This document shows, piece after piece, positions 61,553-64,000 of a stretch of 64,000 nt of DNA. The notes under the pieces are model-generated. The model had not been told where the DNA came from. It was given only the letters and a program-made list of their open reading frames with translations, and did not search any database. A program made the translations under genes and the position numbers. Numbering within the stretch: position 1 is the first letter of the stretch; each line of letters opens with the position of its first letter. Source of the stretch: Alphaproteobacteria bacterium. Lineage in GTDB: Bacteria > Pseudomonadota > Alphaproteobacteria > MPNO01 > UBA830. The stretch covers positions 5,056,001-5,120,000 of the forward strand of contig OZ251539.1 in the NCBI GenBank assembly GCA_965243135.1, in the 5' to 3' direction.

Positions 61553-63019
61553 GTGCGACCGCTATCCAATGCCGGCCAGAGATTCGCTTACGAGGATCTC
61601 CGCGAATGGATCGAACAGGCGGATCGCCTGGGCGAACTCAGGCGCGTCAACGGCGCCTCTTGGGAGAAGGACATCGGTCTGGCGGCGGAGGTGGTGATCC
61701 GCGACGAAAACGGACCTGCGGTGCTGTTCGACGAGGTGCCCGGCTGCCCGGCGGGATACCGCGTGCTCATCAACGTCTTCGGCGGCGTGCGGCGCAACAT
61801 GACGCTTGGCTTCCCGGACCATCTGACGCGGCAGGAACTGTCGGACGCCTGCTTCGAATCGTTCGTCAGGGACCGCCGGACGATCCCGCACGTCGTCGTC
61901 GAGGACGGACCGGTGTTCGAGAACGTCCTGACGGGCGACGACATCGACCTCATGAAGTTTCCCACGCCGCTCTGGCACCCGGGCGACGGCGGGCGCTACA
62001 TCGGCACCGGAACCTACACGGTGACGCGGGACCCGGAGGAAGGCTGGCTCAACTGCGGCGCCTACCGGGCCATGGTTCACGACCGCAAATCCGTCGGCTG
62101 CCTCATGGTGACGGGCAAGCACGGATACGTCCATCGCAACAAGTACTGGGCGGAGGGCAAGCCGTGTCCGGTCGCGATGGTCGTCGGGGGCGAACCGGTG
62201 GCCTTCTTCAACGGCGGAGCCGAAGCGCCCTGGGGGGTCTTCGAACTCGACATTGTCGGCGGCATCCGCGGAAAGGCGGTGGAATGCGTGGAGGGCAAGG
62301 TTACGGGCCTGCCCTTTCCGGCGAACGCCGAGATCGTCTTCGAGGGTCATCTCTATCCGGACAAGGTGAAGAACGAAGGCCCGTTCGGCGAATGGACGGG
62401 GTATTACGCGAGCGGCGAGCGGCCGCAGCCGGTGCTCGAGGTCGAGGCCGTCTATCACCGCAACGATCCGATCATCCTCGGCGTTCCGCCGATGGGCCGG
62501 GGGTCGGACGAAATGGCGCGGTACCGCGCCGTGTTGCGCTCCGCCATGCTCAAGCAGAATCTCGCCGATGCCGGCGTGCCCGACGTGACCGGGGTCTGGT
62601 GCCACGAGATAGGCGCGTCGCGCCTGTTTCACGGGATCTCGATCAGGCAGCGCTATCCCGGTCACTCGAAACAGGCCGGCCATATCGCGGCGCAGTGCCG
62701 CGCCGCCAACTACGCCAACCGTTTCGTCGTGATCGTCGACGACGACATCGACGTCACGAATCTCGACGAACTGATCTGGGCGATGTGCACGCGATGCGAC
62801 CCGGCGACCTCGATCGACATCGTCCGCGGCGCATGGACCTCGCCGGCCGACCCGCGCGTCGATCCCGTAGAAAAGGCTCGCGGAAACGTAACCAACAGCC
62901 GGGCGGTGATCGACGCTTGCAAGCCGTTTCACTGGAAGGACGAGTACGCGCCGGTCAACGCGCCCGACGCGGAAACCCTGCGCGAAGCGCGGGAACGATT
63001 CGGCTACCTGATGGAGTGA
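61553..63019 (+). CDS. UbiD family decarboxylase
   Basis: YEDLREWI, DGGRYIGT, EGPFGEWTGYY, VDDDID...WAMCTR. Confidence 0.9.
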   Translation: MRPLSNAGQRFAYEDLREWIEQADRLGELRRVNGASWEKDIGLAAEVVIRDENGPAVLFDEVPGCPAGYRVLINVFGGVRRNMTLGFPDHLTRQELSDACFESFVRDRRTIPHVVVEDGPVFENVLTGDDIDLMKFPTPLWHPGDGGRYIGTGTYTVTRDPEEGWLNCGAYRAMVHDRKSVGCLMVTGKHGYVHRNKYWAEGKPCPVAMVVGGEPVAFFNGGAEAPWGVFELDIVGGIRGKAVECVEGKVTGLPFPANAEIVFEGHLYPDKVKNEGPFGEWTGYYASGERPQPVLEVEAVYHRNDPIILGVPPMGRGSDEMARYRAVLRSAMLKQNLADAGVPDVTGVWCHEIGASRLFHGISIRQRYPGHSKQAGHIAAQCRAANYANRFVVIVDDDIDVTNLDELIWAMCTRCDPATSIDIVRGAWTSPADPRVDPVEKARGNVTNSRAVIDACKPFHWKDEYAPVNAPDAETLREARERFGYLME

Positions 63020-63072
63020 ACGGCGTCGCGGGCCCGCTCCGGCCGGCGCATTGAAAGGAAATCCCGGCGTTC

Positions 63073-64000
63073 ATGCAGTGGCGCACCCCCGCCGTAGCTC
63101 TCGTATGCGGCACCGTCATACTTTTCGTCAGCTTCGGCGGGCGGAACATATTCGGGCTCTTGCTGGATCCTATGACGGTCGATCTCGGCTGGACGGCCGA
63201 GGACTTCTCCTTCGCCGTCGCGCTTCAGGCGTTGCTGTGGGGATTGACGACGCCCATCACCGCCTCGCTCGCCGATCGATACGGCACCGCGCGCATGGTG
63301 GCCGCCGGCGGCGTTCTCTACGCCGGCGGCCTCGCGTTGATGTCGCAGGTCTCGACGCCGATGGAGATGAACGTCACGTCGGGCCTGATGATCGGCCTCG
63401 GCCTCAGCGCGACGGGCTTCCCGATCATTCTCGCGGCCGTCACCAAGCGCGTGGACCAGAAACGCCGCAGCCTGTTCCTCGGCATCGGCAGCGCGGCCGG
63501 GTCTTCCGGCCAGCTGGCGCTCGTGCCGCTCGGCCAGTTCTTCATCGACGGGTACGGATGGGTGATCGCGGTGCTCGCTTTCTCCTGCATCGCCGCGATC
63601 ATCGTGCCGCTGGCCGCGCCGCTCGCCGATTCCCGGCGCGCCTCTCCCGCCGCCGCGCCGCAGAAAATGGGCGACGCATTGCGCGAGGCGGCGACCCACC
63701 GCGGCTTTCTCCTGCTTTCCGCCGGCTATTTCGTCTGCGGCTTTCAGATCCTGTTTCTCGGCACCCATCTGCCCAAGTTTCTGGTCGAGGCGGGACAGGA
63801 TCCCTGGCTCGGGGCAACGGCGCTATCGGTGATCGGCCTGTTCAACATACTCGGCACGCTCGGCTGGGGAGCCCTGGGGGGCCACCTGCGCATGAAATAT
63901 TTGTTGAGCGCGATCTACCTCCTGCGTTCGGCGGCGCTGGTCGCGTTCATCCTGCTTCCGGTCACGCCGGTCGGAACCTACGTCTTCTCCGCCGTCATCG
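63073..64000 (+). CDS. MFS transporter, partial (runs off window end)
   Basis: Open frame from ATG 63073 with ADRYG, GYFVCGFQ..F.GTHLP and multiple TM segments. Confidence 0.8.
   Translation, partial: MQWRTPAVALVCGTVILFVSFGGRNIFGLLLDPMTVDLGWTAEDFSFAVALQALLWGLTTPITASLADRYGTARMVAAGGVLYAGGLALMSQVSTPMEMNVTSGLMIGLGLSATGFPIILAAVTKRVDQKRRSLFLGIGSAAGSSGQLALVPLGQFFIDGYGWVIAVLAFSCIAAIIVPLAAPLADSRRASPAAAPQKMGDALREAATHRGFLLLSAGYFVCGFQILFLGTHLPKFLVEAGQDPWLGATALSVIGLFNILGTLGWGALGGHLRMKYLLSAIYLLRSAALVAFILLPVTPVGTYVFSAVI

Overview
High-GC alphaproteobacterial chromosome segment. The core block is clpB, ndk, holC-pepA, lptFGD-surA-pdxA-rsmA, gmk-yicC-mltG-fabF-acpP-fabG-fabD, rpsF-rpsR-rplI and nadK, with aromatic-catabolism-type genes around it (PaaK-like ligase, DOPA dioxygenase, two UbiD, an amidohydrolase). 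Three visibly lower-GC accessory patches interrupt it. (1) ~1.7-11.0 kb: a HicAB-like pair whose toxin is split by a 790-nt ORF-less group II intron (boundaries, EBS1-IBS1 pairing and branch A readable), followed by a tightly coupled five-gene McrBC-variant operon resembling a CoCoNuT-type system. Its genes are a Vsr/DUF559 nuclease carrying only a helicase remnant, a membrane-anchored coiled coil, a membrane-anchored coiled-coil McrB GTPase, a DUF2357 McrC-like protein and an Hsp70-like 838-aa protein. (2) ~14.6-18.3 kb: an HsdR-less type I R-M derivative. Its HsdM has NPPF changed to APPF, and an intact HEPN RNase is paired with an MNT antitoxin fused to a single-TRD HsdS, suggesting a decoy/guard defence module. 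(3) ~57.9-60.2 kb: a K+-channel pore protein beside a small GIY-YIG protein. No CRISPR array, tRNA, rRNA or intact transposase/integrase was recognised. All assignments come from motif recognition by eye, with no database searches.
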